A stretch of DNA of 63,996 nucleotides, filler included, from Piptocephalis cylindrospora (Eukaryota): NCBI GenBank assembly GCA_003614145.1. It is 9 parts of 9 records of this genome, joined end to end, with 100 filler letters (N's around TTAATTAATTAA, not from the genome) between each part and the next. Parts side by side here need not be neighbours in the genome. Positions count along the whole stretch, not along the records: positions 21,661 to 28,749 come from KZ988230.1; positions 28,850 to 35,935 come from KZ988231.1; 7 more parts are not named here. One strand, given 5' to 3'. Below are positions 23,117 to 34,462 of this stretch, piece after piece (the stretch's first letter is position 1; each line of letters opens with the position of its first letter). A program made the translations under genes and the position numbers. Under the pieces are notes generated by a model. It was not told where the DNA came from and did not search any database. It worked only from the letters and a program-made list of their open reading frames with translations.

Positions 23117-23183
23117 CACCCGTACACAGATACACACACATGGCCAGCCAAGAAAAGTCGCCCTTATCAACAGTGAAACGTGA

Positions 23184-23196
23184 ACGCGTTATAAAA
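23184..23196 (+). promoter_or_regulatory. ACGCGT (MCB-like) abutting TATAAAA in a divergent promoter
   Basis: ACGCGTTATAAAA near the middle of the 372-bp gap between two head-to-head ATGs. Confidence 0.4.
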
Positions 23197-23252
23197 CCCG
23201 CCCTTTTTTTTGTTGCTTTATTACCGTGACGATAATGCTTCCTAGACCTACA

Positions 23253-23305
23253 CACAGACATAGACACAGACATAGACACAGACATAGACACAGACACAGA
23301 CATAG
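23253..23305. repeat. 12-bp tandem repeat (CACAGACATAGA), about 4 copies
   Basis: Seen directly, just upstream of the ATG at 23348. Confidence 0.85.
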
Positions 23306-23347
23306 TGCTATGCATCTCTCCCCTTTCTCTTTCCCCTCTCAGACAAC

Positions 23348-24775
23348 ATGGCCCAGAAAAGGAAGAAACCTCAAGGTCTACTGAAAAGCACCCTGAAAAA
23401 GAGAGCGAAAGAGGCAGAGCGGGCCAAGAGGGCCAAAGAGCCCAAGGAGGGGGAGGAGCAGCAGCCAGGAACGGTGTGGGTGGATGACGGGGAGGAGGAG
23501 GATAAGAGGATAGGTATGTTCCCTCTCTCCAAGCTTCATCCTGAGGTCAAGGAAGCTTGCTTACTGTACAAGACGGCCTTGGACCTACTGATCGAAGACC
23601 CTTCCCGCGCCATCTCCTTGCTTCGTGGATGTGTCCACGAGCTATCCCGACTGTTCCGAGCTGAGGACGTGATGGAACACGGGGAAGGAAGGATCGCTGC
23701 CTTGTCCTACTATGCCATGGCCCTGTGTGAGCTTGCCGAGGCAGATGAGGAGGTGGATCGAGTTGATGGGGCTCAGGTGGTGGATCGCGAAGGGGATTCT
23801 TCATCTGACGATGACGATGATGATGATGATGATGATGAGGAAGACAAGGAGAAAGGTTCATCCGCCCAGGACTGGATCAACACGGCCAAGGATCTCCTCC
23901 CAGACACCTCAGGCTACACGGATGGGGGCATGTACGCCAAGATCCCCAGTGATATCCCCGTCGAGCTGGCCTTGGCTCACTTTCGCCTTGCTCTGTCCCA
24001 GGCCAGACTAGCGTCCATGCGTGGGGATGCTAGCAAGGCCAGGGAGCATGATAAAGAGGCCATGCGAATGGTCGACATGGCCTTCCCCGAACTTCATCGT
24101 GCCCCTCCCCAGGAGGATAGGAGATGCAGTGGATGGTACATGCGAGTGCTGGGATGGTACGTGGCTCATCTGAATCTGCTAGACATGCCATTGAATGATA
24201 AGATGCGGTGGATTGGGCGTCGAGTCCTCTCCTCGCCTCTCTTCAGCAACGATCCCTTGATCAAGGGTATTCCCCATGCCGAAAAGTACAATGCGTGGAA
24301 TAAGCTTGCTTACATCCAGCTGTACTTTAATTTTGCCTTGGGCCATGTGGATGAGCTGATGGCATCGGTCGACGAGTCCGACGACGACGACGACGAAGAC
24401 GAAGACGACAACGAAAAAGAAGAGGAAGAGGGGGAAGATCAAGATGACTCGGATGACGCATGGCAACCGCTACAGACTAAGCACGGAAACATCACACTTA
24501 CCAAGGTGCAGCTATGGAAGGTACTGAATGCATTTGAAAAGATCCACACCGAAGATCTGTCTGTGGCCGAGCGACATGGTCTCCTGTGCATCCTGTCTGA
24601 AACGAATCTTCACTTGGGGAACATAGCGGATGAGCAGGAGTTGCAGGAGAAGCACTATGCCAATTGCATTGCCTTGGCCAAGGAGGCTCAGGCACTGCCC
24701 TGGGCCGGGGCTGCTATCCTCCCCGAAGGACTGGTTTCCTTTTTGAATGACGAAGAGGAACAAGAGGACGAGTGA
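23348..24775 (+). CDS. Ett1/Nro1-like helical repeat protein, 475 aa
   Basis: Basic N-terminus KRKKPQGL; LRGCVHELSRLFR resembles family GIVHECDRLLR; C-terminal SETNLHLGNI...QEKHY resembles AEAYIDLGNL...QEEAY; acidic loops. Confidence 0.7.
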   Translation: MAQKRKKPQGLLKSTLKKRAKEAERAKRAKEPKEGEEQQPGTVWVDDGEEEDKRIGMFPLSKLHPEVKEACLLYKTALDLLIEDPSRAISLLRGCVHELSRLFRAEDVMEHGEGRIAALSYYAMALCELAEADEEVDRVDGAQVVDREGDSSSDDDDDDDDDDEEDKEKGSSAQDWINTAKDLLPDTSGYTDGGMYAKIPSDIPVELALAHFRLALSQARLASMRGDASKAREHDKEAMRMVDMAFPELHRAPPQEDRRCSGWYMRVLGWYVAHLNLLDMPLNDKMRWIGRRVLSSPLFSNDPLIKGIPHAEKYNAWNKLAYIQLYFNFALGHVDELMASVDESDDDDDEDEDDNEKEEEEGEDQDDSDDAWQPLQTKHGNITLTKVQLWKVLNAFEKIHTEDLSVAERHGLLCILSETNLHLGNIADEQELQEKHYANCIALAKEAQALPWAGAAILPEGLVSFLNDEEEQEDE

Positions 24776-25053
24776 TGCAAGTGAGGAAAGATTGAGTAGT
24801 ATATTCGATGTGTTTGGATAGAGAGGGAAATAGGAAAAAAAGGAAAAATGAAAGTTACAAGACAGGGGCGGGATCGAAAAATGCAACATGGTGGGTAAGG
24901 GAAGGGGGGGGGGGGTTTAAACACATGGAGGGTTAAAGAAAAAAAAGGGGAGAGAAAGAAAGGGGAATAAAAAAAGAGAGAGGGGAGGAGGGGGAGGGGA
25001 AAGAAGGAATCCAAAAAGAAAAAGAAAGACACCTATACACAGGGACAGAGAGA

Positions 25054-26805
25054 TCAAGCCGAGGTAAAGCGTAAGGACATGCTCCACAGGACGAGATCAT
25101 AGGCTCCGACCAGTAGGTAAAAGACCCAGGTGATCCAGGGGATAGGACTGATCCATTCGGTGGCCGTGGTGGACAGGGCCCGTCGGCGGGGCCGATGATA
25201 CGTCGAGGAGGGGGAAGAGGAGAAGGAGGGGGAGTGGGATCCGTCCTCCACGCCATCGGTATCCCAATCGGAAAAGTCATCACAGTCATTATCCTCGCAG
25301 GGAGGGGAGACGAGGGGCGGGGGAGGGGAGTGATAGTGATGATGGGTCGAGGCAAATTGCCGTTTCTGCCGTCGTCGTGCCCTCTTGGCCTTTGGAGCAT
25401 CATGGATAAGACGGATAGGGGGAGGGGGGAGTGGTTGTCGGATTTCCCGAGCCTTGACCTCCCACCCCACCCATCCCGCCTTGGGAGCCTCTACATGCCC
25501 ATGAGGGGAGGGATGATCCGTACCGTACTCAGCGCACCACTCCTCCCTCTCCTCCTCCCCTTCCTCGTCTTCTAGCTGGGATAGATCCATCCCTTCGTCC
25601 TCCTCCTCCTCGTCGTCATCCGAGCCATGCCAGGAGATACCAAAATAATCGGATAATCCCATCATTCTACCTGAGGATGTGATGGATTCAGTTCGTTCAT
25701 AGAGGTAAAAGGGTCGGTCTTCCTCCTCCTCCTCCTCTTCTTCTTCTTCGTCGTCATCCTCCCCAAACTTGAGTCTACAGGGCCGATCCATCTTCATGCC
25801 CCATCCTCCAGTGTCTCTTTTGACCTCCTCCTCCTCCCCCTCATCCACAATGACCCTTTGTTCGACTGTGGGACAAAAGGTGAGTCGAAGTAGGGGGGAG
25901 ATGCAGTCTGGCTCCTCGATGGCCAACGAAGAGGAGGGACCATGGGGGGAACGGGGGGTCAGGGGAAGGTAGCTTGCCCAAGGATCTTCCTCGCTCCATT
26001 GAGCGAACTGCCGTGCAGAGATTTGGCCTCCAAGGTCCAAATGACTCAGCTTGAGCCGATCTCTACACGTTTCCCGTAGGGAGAGACAGAGGGAGGAGGT
26101 GGACTTTTTCAGGGCGGGTTTTCGGGAAAGGAATCGGGTGTGTCGAGTCAATCCCCTGGGATAGGAGGATGAGGGGGAGGGGGAGGGAGAGATGGAGGTT
26201 GGGGAGGGAGGAAGGGAGGTGGTGGTGGAGGATGAGGCGGTGGAGACGGAATCGGGGATCAGGGCCGTCCCCACGAGGGAGATATCTTCTTCAATACTCC
26301 ATTGGGAGGAGGAAGAGGAGGAGGAGGGGGGGAAGGATTGGGTCACATGGAGTGGAAAGTGAATGTGCAAGGCAGAGGAGGAGACACACGGGGTTGGTAG
26401 GTAGGAGATGGGGGAGGAAGAGCCGCTCCTTCCCTCCTCCTCATTCATGCCCATGTGAAAGGGTCCGACCAGGGGAGCATTATACTTTTCAAATTGATTT
26501 CTCCACCGTTCATGCGGTCTTGGAAGGACCCGAAGGGTGGAGGGGGAGGAAGAAGGGGGAAAAAGATGCCGCGGAAGGATAGGATAGGCCAGTTGATATT
26601 GTAGTCTCCAAAGGAGATTCTCGCATCGAGCCTGTGTCTCCTTGGAGTATCCCGATGTATCCAGGAGATCCTTACGACCCCAGATGAGCCGCTGGGTGGC
26701 GTGGGTTTCCCCTAGGGACCATGCATGGGAAAAGTAATCGACCTTGCATTTGGCCAGCTCCCTGTGCGCCAGGTCCTCCACTGCTGAAGGGTGGTAAGCG
26801 GGCAT
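25054..26805 (-). CDS. Divergent Reg1-like PP1 regulatory subunit (DUF1752-type), 583 aa
   Basis: VDYFSHAW, ARCENLLWR, LVGPFH, KPALKK and RLTFCPTVEQRVIV occur in the same order as Reg1 motifs VDYLSH.W, RLENASWR, WLYGP, KPILKK and HIHFNDRVEQC. Confidence 0.7.
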   Translation of the reverse strand: MPAYHPSAVEDLAHRELAKCKVDYFSHAWSLGETHATQRLIWGRKDLLDTSGYSKETQARCENLLWRLQYQLAYPILPRHLFPPSSSPSTLRVLPRPHERWRNQFEKYNAPLVGPFHMGMNEEEGRSGSSSPISYLPTPCVSSSALHIHFPLHVTQSFPPSSSSSSSQWSIEEDISLVGTALIPDSVSTASSSTTTSLPPSPTSISPSPSPSSSYPRGLTRHTRFLSRKPALKKSTSSLCLSLRETCRDRLKLSHLDLGGQISARQFAQWSEEDPWASYLPLTPRSPHGPSSSLAIEEPDCISPLLRLTFCPTVEQRVIVDEGEEEEVKRDTGGWGMKMDRPCRLKFGEDDDEEEEEEEEEEDRPFYLYERTESITSSGRMMGLSDYFGISWHGSDDDEEEEDEGMDLSQLEDEEGEEEREEWCAEYGTDHPSPHGHVEAPKAGWVGWEVKAREIRQPLPPPPIRLIHDAPKAKRARRRQKRQFASTHHHYHSPPPPLVSPPCEDNDCDDFSDWDTDGVEDGSHSPSFSSSPSSTYHRPRRRALSTTATEWISPIPWITWVFYLLVGAYDLVLWSMSLRFTSA

Positions 26806-26833
26806 CCTAGTGGTCCAACAAGGTAGGATGGAT

Positions 26834-26835
<2 letters not shown>

Positions 26836-26872
<37 letters not shown>
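26836..26872. repeat. (GA)n microsatellite in 5' leader of the Reg1-like gene
   Basis: Perfect GA run; it creates a spurious SLSLSL ORF extension. Confidence 0.95.
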
Positions 26873-26875
<3 letters not shown>

Positions 26876-28749
26876 AGAGAGGGAAAGGACAAACAAGTCG
26901 TTTAAGGAAAAGAAGAAAGAGCTAGGTCTTGTTGCTGTTGTTAGTGGGAGAGGAGAGGGGGAAGCATGAGTGAGGGGGGAAGGGAAGGGGGAGCAGTACA
27001 GGAAAGAAATGAAGCATCCAAAAGTGGAATGATGTGGTCAGAGGCTACGTGGCGCTCCTATATAGAGGAGAGCTGAGGATAGACAGCGGGTGTGTGTGCG
27101 CCTGTATGGGGAGGCAAGATAGGGAGGGAGGAGGGGGGTCAACGCTCGCGCTCTACCAGACCGCTACCCGGCCCTCCCTGTCTCCCCCACACTTATACAG
27201 CTCTCTTCCCTCTAGATCGCACTATGTCTGTGTGTAGTGACCCTCCCCTTCCTAGGAACACCATCATATACTCACGACGATAAGGGGAAGGGATTGGCTG
27301 TGAGGGAGAGACAAGGAGGGCAATGATTGGCTTACCTCACACGACCAGTGGGAGTAGGCGGGGTAAAGTATGAGAGCGGGTGTGGAGGAGGAAGATTGAA
27401 AGGGTGATGATTGGAGGATAGCACGAAAGAGCCAGGGTGTGCCAGGGTTTGATTGGCCGATGGGTCGTCGGGATAAGGGAGAGAGCGGGGACGGCGCTGT
27501 TGCTGTTGCCAGTGTCACTGCTGTTTACTACTGTGTGATTCAATCCCGTGAGTCGTTCCCTCGATGAGCGGGAGATGAAAGGGGTCTGTGCAGCCGGGAA
27601 GGGCTTGGAAAGGATGGATGATGGAGGCAGAGATGGAGGGTGGGAATGGTGTGATCAGGTTTAAGATGGGTGGGGGGGCAGGGGGGGGGAGAGGAGGGTC
27701 GATGGCAGCACGACCCAGCCCTCATACTTATAGACGTGGCAGGATGAGGATGAGGGCGAGGGGGGAGAGAGGGTCAACAAGGGGAGATGCGTCTGGCCCT
27801 CCTTGACGAGTCTGTGAAGCAGTCCTCTTGTCCTTGTCACACAGGAGAAAGAGGAAGCCGACACCTCGTTCCTTAACAAGGATAGAGTATAGGACCCCAT
27901 CGTTCGGTTCCTGATCCCCCTACACATCTGGGATGGATATACCTAAACGCCCTGGGTTAAGCCACCACCATTGTAAAGCTGTTCTCTGAAAAGACATTCT
28001 AGGACCCTGGTTCAAGAAAAATCAATATTTTCTCCCCCACATGACCCTTTCCTAGTCGTCTATGGAGAGTGGATGACGTTCCCACTCCTCCAACGAGACC
28101 CCCATACACCGGGGTCCAGGAGGGGTCGGAGAAGTGTGATGCATACACACCCACACACACGCATACATCCACGTAAGCGATAATGCTCTCCCTCCCCCAG
28201 CAAAGGGGGCAGTGGACACACGAATCTCGTGATAGGGATATGAGTGGGGGAGACACGACTGCTCCCATGCATCGAGGAGTATCAAGTGTGGGGTAAGGGG
28301 AAGGGGGGGGGAGGGGAGGAGGGAAGGGTGCAAGACGAAAAGTTGAACGTGCTTAAAAAAAAAGGAACAAGGAAGATAGACCACGCGCTTGACTCAAGGC
28401 GGAACCCCCCGGAAAAGCGCCTGCATTGAGGGAGATGGCACAAGGTACTAAAGAAAGGATGTGTCACAACTCTCAGTCCATTCAGACCATTTCTTACCCA
28501 AAGGAGGTAAGTTGAATGGAGGTGTGGGGTGCAAGTGTCAGTCTGTAGGGGAGATGCATCGACTTTTCGATTGAAGGGAAAGGGGGGGGGGGGGGAATTT
28601 CCTTTTCTTAATTCCCCTCTCCCAAAGGGTGTACTTGTCTCTTGTTCTGCCCTTTGCCCCAAAAAGCATCACCCATCCCGCCAATATCAGCACAAATGGG
28701 CATGGCTCCCCCCCCCCCCCTCCTCTTATATTCCTTTTTCTGAAAATTC

Positions 28750-28849
28750 NNNNNNNNNNNNNNNNNNNNNNNNNNNNNNNNNNNNNNNNNNNNTTAATTA
28801 ATTAANNNNNNNNNNNNNNNNNNNNNNNNNNNNNNNNNNNNNNNNNNNN
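28750..28849. other. Artificial contig linker
   Basis: N44-TTAATTAATTAA-N44. Confidence 0.99.
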
Positions 28850-28856
28850 AAAGGGG

Positions 28857-29260
28857 CATGGGGAGGAAAAGGGGCCTTTTTATAATATTACCAGAAAGTC
28901 TCTCCCTCTGGTTTCAGTCTTCTAACCCCCCCCCCATTCCCCTTATTCTCTTCCCTCTCCGCCCCTCCCCTCTCCTTCCCTTGCATTCCATCATCGTAGT
29001 ACTCATACGGCATTTGCTTTACCGGGTAAATGATTGTGGCTCGACCATTCCACAGGAGGCTTTGTATAGTCTTTTTCCTAAGCACAAAAGACAACACTTT
29101 CACCATCGAGAGGCTAGCTCTCGATGACCAATGAGTAGTGGGGAGAGGTGAGGGGCGGAGAGGGAAGAGAATAAGAGGAATGGGAGGAGGGTTAGAAGAC
29201 TGAAACCAGAGTGAGAGACTTTCTAGTCATATTATTACATAGGCCCTCTTCCTTCCCATG
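28857..29260. repeat. Imperfect ~120-bp inverted repeat at contig start (arms ~28857-28975 and ~29141-29260)
   Basis: AGAAAGTCTCTCcCTCTGGTTTCAGTCTTCTAACCC in the left arm pairs with GGGTTAGAAGACTGAAACCAGAGtGAGAGACTTTCT in the right arm. Confidence 0.9.
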
Positions 29261-30459
29261 ACCGCCTCATCAAGCTTTCCCCCTAACGCCCATCCTCTGA
29301 CCTGTGAATCTAGAGTAGATTCCATGGCCTCCCTCCCCTCGTCCGTCTCTTTTTCTCATCCGCATTGCCGGGTGCAAAGGATCAAAGACAGTCTATGAGA
29401 CCGGGTCAAGGAGGAGGATGCAAGCACAATAGAGGCAGTAGTGGCTAATGAGTGGAGGAAACGAGTCAGGGACACTCCGCCTCTCCCACCAAGAGAGTCG
29501 GACACCCTGACAGGGAAGGGGAAGGGAAGGGGGACGCAAGCAGGGCCAATATCGGAGGCAAGGGGGACCTTTTCGATGTGGGTCACCAGTCACTGTGAGC
29601 GAGGAAGGAGTAAAGTATGGGGCCAGCGGTCTAGTAGCATGCACAATTAAGAGCGTTCGGGGTAGGGGCTCAAACCCATTGTCCCCTCTTGTCGCTACTT
29701 CTAGTACTACGATGATTACTACTGCGACGACGACGATGATGATGATGATGAATTTTAGGAGAGTGCTACGGTGCACGACATTTTTGGGGCAAAGGCGGAC
29801 GTGGTGAACTTGGGTGAGGGTTCACGGGGCTGAGCTGGACCAGGCTGGATCAGCGGGGAAGAGCAGTGGGAGATGAGAAAGGGATGCACACCTATGCTCC
29901 CCAGGTCAACGAGGGAGGGGAGATAATGATGTGGCAACAGCAGACGAGTGTCGATACAAGGAGGGGGGAAGGTCGGTGGCATGGTGTGTGTACACAGAAA
30001 AGAGTGATGAAGAGAGGGGGAGAGAGGGTCAAGGACCACCCTCATCCTATGATGCCACTCTAAAGCCTGGGTACCCAGGTGAGAGGGAGGGGAACGTGAA
30101 CAGGGAGAGCGAAATGCCCCTCACTTGCTCATCGCCTTTATAATGGGGAACCTGTCCAGTCTGGCTCAGTCCAAGGTCCAAAGAGGGTCTCTTTCCCTCG
30201 TTTTCCTCGCCATTTGACGCATCTCTGTTTCTTGGTTTTTCCCATCCTACCTTTACTCCCCTCCTCCCCTCTTTCTGTTGTTCCCTCACTTTGTTTGTTC
30301 ACCCACGCCTTTGGCTCTCACTTTCCCTCCCCCTCCCTTCCACTGTTTACCAGAGTCTTTTGGTTTGGATAGCCTCCCTCCCTCCCTCCCTCCCTCCCTC
30401 CCTCTGATCCGCTCTCTTGTCATCCCATTCATTGTCTTGCCACCATAACCACAGCTACC

Positions 30460-31258
30460 ATGACTGATATCCACACTGAGGTAAGTGATCCCGACAGGAT
30501 CATCCCTTGCCCTGAAATACCTCTCACCAAGTCCCCCAATGCATATAGACGGAAGATTTTCCCGTAGTGGATTTCGACACGTTTGGCCAATTGCTGGAGA
30601 TGGACGAGGAGGACGATCACGAATTTTCCCGATCCATCGTGTACAATTACTTTGAACAGGCCGAAGCCACCTTTACCGACATGAACAAGGCCTTGTAAGT
30701 GCTGGGGGGAATCGACGTTTTGTTTTGTTTTTTTAGGGGCGTCTGAAACATAAATCAAGCTCATTCCCTCCCCCATTACCCTTCTGATTCCATAGAGCAC
30801 AAGAGGATTTGGAAGCGCTGTCCAGGCTGGGCCATTTCCTGAAAGGATCTTCAGCAGCCCTGGGACTACAGCAGGTCCAGGTGACCTGCGAAAAGATTCA
30901 GCATTGCGGAAACCAGCTAGACGACATGGGCATTCAGGAGATTAGCTCAGCCCATGCGCTGGACCGTCTTCGAACTCTAATCCGCTTGGTCAAAGAACAG
31001 TACACCGAAGCAGAGGGGCATCTTCGAGGCTTCTACGCCGAAACCGAATATGGTGGAGAGGAGGAGGAGGAGGAGGAGGAGGGGTTGGAGGGGAGAGAGG
31101 GAGAGGAGGAGAAGCACTCTGAGGCGGCCAGTCGATCGAATATTCGGAGCGCAGAAAAGGAGGGAGAGGCCTCCAACGACCCTTCCTTCTCCTCGTACAC
31201 TCCGACTCAACAGCTGGGTGGTTATAGAGAGGATGGAGGGACCACACCCTTTTTTTAA
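30460..31258 (+). CDS. YPD1: Histidine-containing phosphotransfer (HPt) protein; 3 exons
   Basis: Exons 30460-30480, 30549-30694 and 30796-31258. TFGQLLEMDEEDDHEFSRSIVYNYFEQAEATF and LGHFLKGSSAALG (phospho-His). Confidence 0.95.
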
Positions 31259-32812
31259 ACCCACCCGGTTCAAGAAGAGATCCCTTTTTTTGATAGAAGT
31301 GGATGGAAGAGCATGTCCCGTTAGAGAAGGCGGGAACGGAGAGAGCATGTCCGTCAGAGGAGGCGAGGACGGAGAGAGCAGGCCCCCTTTAAAGGGCATT
31401 TGCTTATCGACGACGATGATTGCTGGATGACAGGACTGATCTTTCTTTTCTTTTCGGTCCACAAGTACGCGCGCATTTTCTTATGGTCTTCTCATGAGCC
31501 TCCTTGGGCGCCTGATCGGCTCTTCTTTCGGGGCTCTGTGCGTTGTGATATATCCTGATTTCCTTAAGTTCTCCAGCCCCCCTGTTCTTGTATTCTCTAG
31601 GAGGACCCTCCATCTCATTCCCCGTCCTTTCCCACACCGTGGATCATCGAGGTTGACATTCATATCCAAGCGCAGGGTAGAAAGGGTACGCGGCTCCTCT
31701 CCAGGGAGGATGGAAACTCAAAGCGTCTTTGTAGGCACCCAATGGCCCTGCCGGTCATCCTTGTCCCCCTGCCTTCAGTGTGTGCTCTGAGTAGCAGTAT
31801 CCTCACATCATGGCTCTCCAAGCGAGCGAGACCTCTCCCCTGACCATCCTCACTGAGAGGGAAAGACATGGCTGCTACTGTATAGTCAGTCTCATTGTGT
31901 GATGAAATACTGGATCTGAGTCAGCAGCAGCGCACACCCAAGAGAACCAAAACCAAACCTCTCCCGCACACAAAAAAGCTGATGTCTCGTGTGTGTGTGT
32001 GTGTGTGTGCGTGTGATACGGTCGTTGGGTGTGGGAGGGAAAGTGGTGGGGTGTCCTTGAGCCTTGACCACGTCCCCTCCCCCTATTTCACATCCGCACA
32101 CACATGAGCACACAATTGCGCGAGTGCGTGATGAGAAAAGAGAGGGGATTCATCAGTCTCAAAAACACACATCCCTGGCCCCTCCCTAGTCTTTGCAGGA
32201 CATGGGCACACATCACCCGATCTTAAAAAGCCTTGAGAAATGTATTTTTGTAGATATAGAAAAGAATCCTCAGGCTCTTTCCCTCTTAAAGGCCATCATG
32301 AAGGGAGACACGGCATAACGGATCAACGTTGATCTTGATGGTGTGGACAGATGGGGCAAGATCACCCCAACAGCCCAGCCTTTTAATCGTCGTGTGCAAG
32401 GGATACAAGGTCGCACGCACATGCGTAAACATGCACATAAAAGAAGACCCTTCCATCTCGGATGACTCAGCAGCCCCTACCACCGGTCAAAATTAGGAAG
32501 GTGAAAGACCTGCCTCTGCCTGCCTGGCCCTTGGCTTCGGGTAAAAAGGGAACGTATATATAATAGCCATCAGGTTGGCAAGTGAAAGGACATTTGACAA
32601 GACATCCCTTTTCACCCTACCTCCCCCTTTTTTTTCACCAGCCCCTCCTCCCGTTCATTGTCCTCGAGGTACACGGGTATTGAACGAGAGAGATACAGAC
32701 TCGCCACCTCACCCCCCATTCATTCTAGTCGTCTTTGTATTCTCTCCACGTCTTCAGCTTACTTCCGGAAAGGAAAAAGGAAAAACACTCGCCCACAAAG
32801 CTCGCAGAAAGC

Positions 32813-34462
32813 ATGGCACCTACGGCCCTGACTACCTTGTCGTGGAGATCGCATGTCGATCAGGGATGTAGGAAAAGAAGACGGCCTGCTACTCTCTCCC
32901 ACTCCTCATCCCTCCAATCCTCCCTGGAACCAGGGAAATATCCACCAACCTCACTAGATGTTGTTGTCGTGGGGAATGGTCCAGCCGGTCTCTTCATGTC
33001 CTATCTTCTCCATGGGCACCGACCATCCGTGCCCCCGGCCTCAGCCCCTCCATCCCCTTCCCGTCCTTCATTGACCACCCATTCCCATCCAGCCATCCAA
33101 GCATATGCCGAGTTACAGGCTAGGGCCCAAGGCGGGCTCCAGTGGCCTATTCTCTCTAGGCCCTACCGACACGTCGTTTTAGGCACTGGTCCCATTGGTG
33201 GGGACTGGTGGGGTCCCTCTGTCGGTCTTCGCCGTGCCCAGAGTCTTCCCCGTTCCTCTTTAGATCCGTCCACACATGATTGGTATGAGTGGAGGGCTTT
33301 GAGCGATGGGAAAGGCATGCAACTCCCCGGTCTTCCCTTTTACCCCGAGGACCCCGCCCTCGAGGGGGATCGAGTGACGCAGTCCGCCGTGTCTGACTAT
33401 TACACCCGGTATGCCGATGCCACCGGGATACGTCAGTCGGTGTATGAGGGAGTTCAAGTCTCCAATATTTACCTCATGTCCGAGGCGATGGCTCGGCTTG
33501 GCCGGTGTGCCTGCCCCTCCCGTATCTCCCCACTCTCCCCAGCGGAAGGCGATGAGGATTATGCTTGTTCCCGCTGCTCCCCTTACCGCTACCTTGTCAT
33601 GGCGCGAAGGAAGCCATGGGCAGCTGTGCAAGACGCCGAAGAGGAGGGGGAAATATTTTTCATTCGATCTCACGCCATCATCCTCGCCACGGGTCTCTTC
33701 CATCACCCCATCCCTCTTCCTTACCTCCCTACCACTCATCCTTCCCCGCCTTGGCTTATCCGACATCCCCGTATTCTCCCGGAGTCTCAAGGTCCCCTAG
33801 CCCCACCCGTTCTAATCATTGGCGATGGGCTGTCAGCGGCCGATGCCATCCATCGATTACTACGTCAAGGTACCCGTATCATCCACTTCTTCCCCTTACG
33901 CTCCCCCACCCAGGGAAAGTCCCCCATTGCTCGATGTGCTGAACCCGAAGACTATCCCGAGTATTGGGATGTATGGCGACGCATGCGAAATTCCTTAAAA
34001 CATCCATACCATCCCGACTCATCCTCGGATCTTCATGATCTCAACGAAGAGGATGGCTACATTGGCATTTCCGGCGCCACCCTCACTTCCCTTATGCAGG
34101 GCCGAGTCTCCTTTCGTCTTCCTCAGGACCCTAAGGATTCCCCCTCTCACACCCTCCCCTTTTCCACTGCCATGGTCCTAGTGGGCTCGGGTCTAGAGCC
34201 TCACTTTCTACGTGGGTCCCTACGCTCCCTTTCCCCGACAAAGGACTCTAAACCCACGGCATGGAGTCAGCATGATGGTCCGACCATGCAGCCCATGACC
34301 GGTAGAATCCTTCCATCCTCCCCATCTCCATCCCCATCCTGCCTGGGTATCTATGCTACCGGGGCAGTAACGGGGCAAACCCTAGTCAGAGACATTCCCG
34401 GTCTATGTCTAGCCGTCTTGCGTGGTCTCGAGGATGACCATATTCCTCATGCTCTCTTCTAA
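32813..34462 (+). CDS. OSGIN1/2 (OKL38)-like FAD-dependent oxidoreductase, 549 aa
   Basis: VVVVGNGPAGLFMSYLLHG, HVVLG...GGDW, LSDGKGMQLPG, VSDYYTRY, PVLIIGDGLSAADAI and YPEY match OSGIN motifs in order. Confidence 0.8.
   Translation: MAPTALTTLSWRSHVDQGCRKRRRPATLSHSSSLQSSLEPGKYPPTSLDVVVVGNGPAGLFMSYLLHGHRPSVPPASAPPSPSRPSLTTHSHPAIQAYAELQARAQGGLQWPILSRPYRHVVLGTGPIGGDWWGPSVGLRRAQSLPRSSLDPSTHDWYEWRALSDGKGMQLPGLPFYPEDPALEGDRVTQSAVSDYYTRYADATGIRQSVYEGVQVSNIYLMSEAMARLGRCACPSRISPLSPAEGDEDYACSRCSPYRYLVMARRKPWAAVQDAEEEGEIFFIRSHAIILATGLFHHPIPLPYLPTTHPSPPWLIRHPRILPESQGPLAPPVLIIGDGLSAADAIHRLLRQGTRIIHFFPLRSPTQGKSPIARCAEPEDYPEYWDVWRRMRNSLKHPYHPDSSSDLHDLNEEDGYIGISGATLTSLMQGRVSFRLPQDPKDSPSHTLPFSTAMVLVGSGLEPHFLRGSLRSLSPTKDSKPTAWSQHDGPTMQPMTGRILPSSPSPSPSCLGIYATGAVTGQTLVRDIPGLCLAVLRGLEDDHIPHALF

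Noticed and set aside
22976..23170. Cys-rich N-terminal extension of FKBP25 in the ORF track
   Set aside because: Starts at a non-ATG codon and crosses a minisatellite; the domain begins at ATG 22975.
26806..26892. Signal-peptide-like SLSLSL extension on the Reg1-like ORF
   Set aside because: Artefact of the (GA)n microsatellite and a TTG start.
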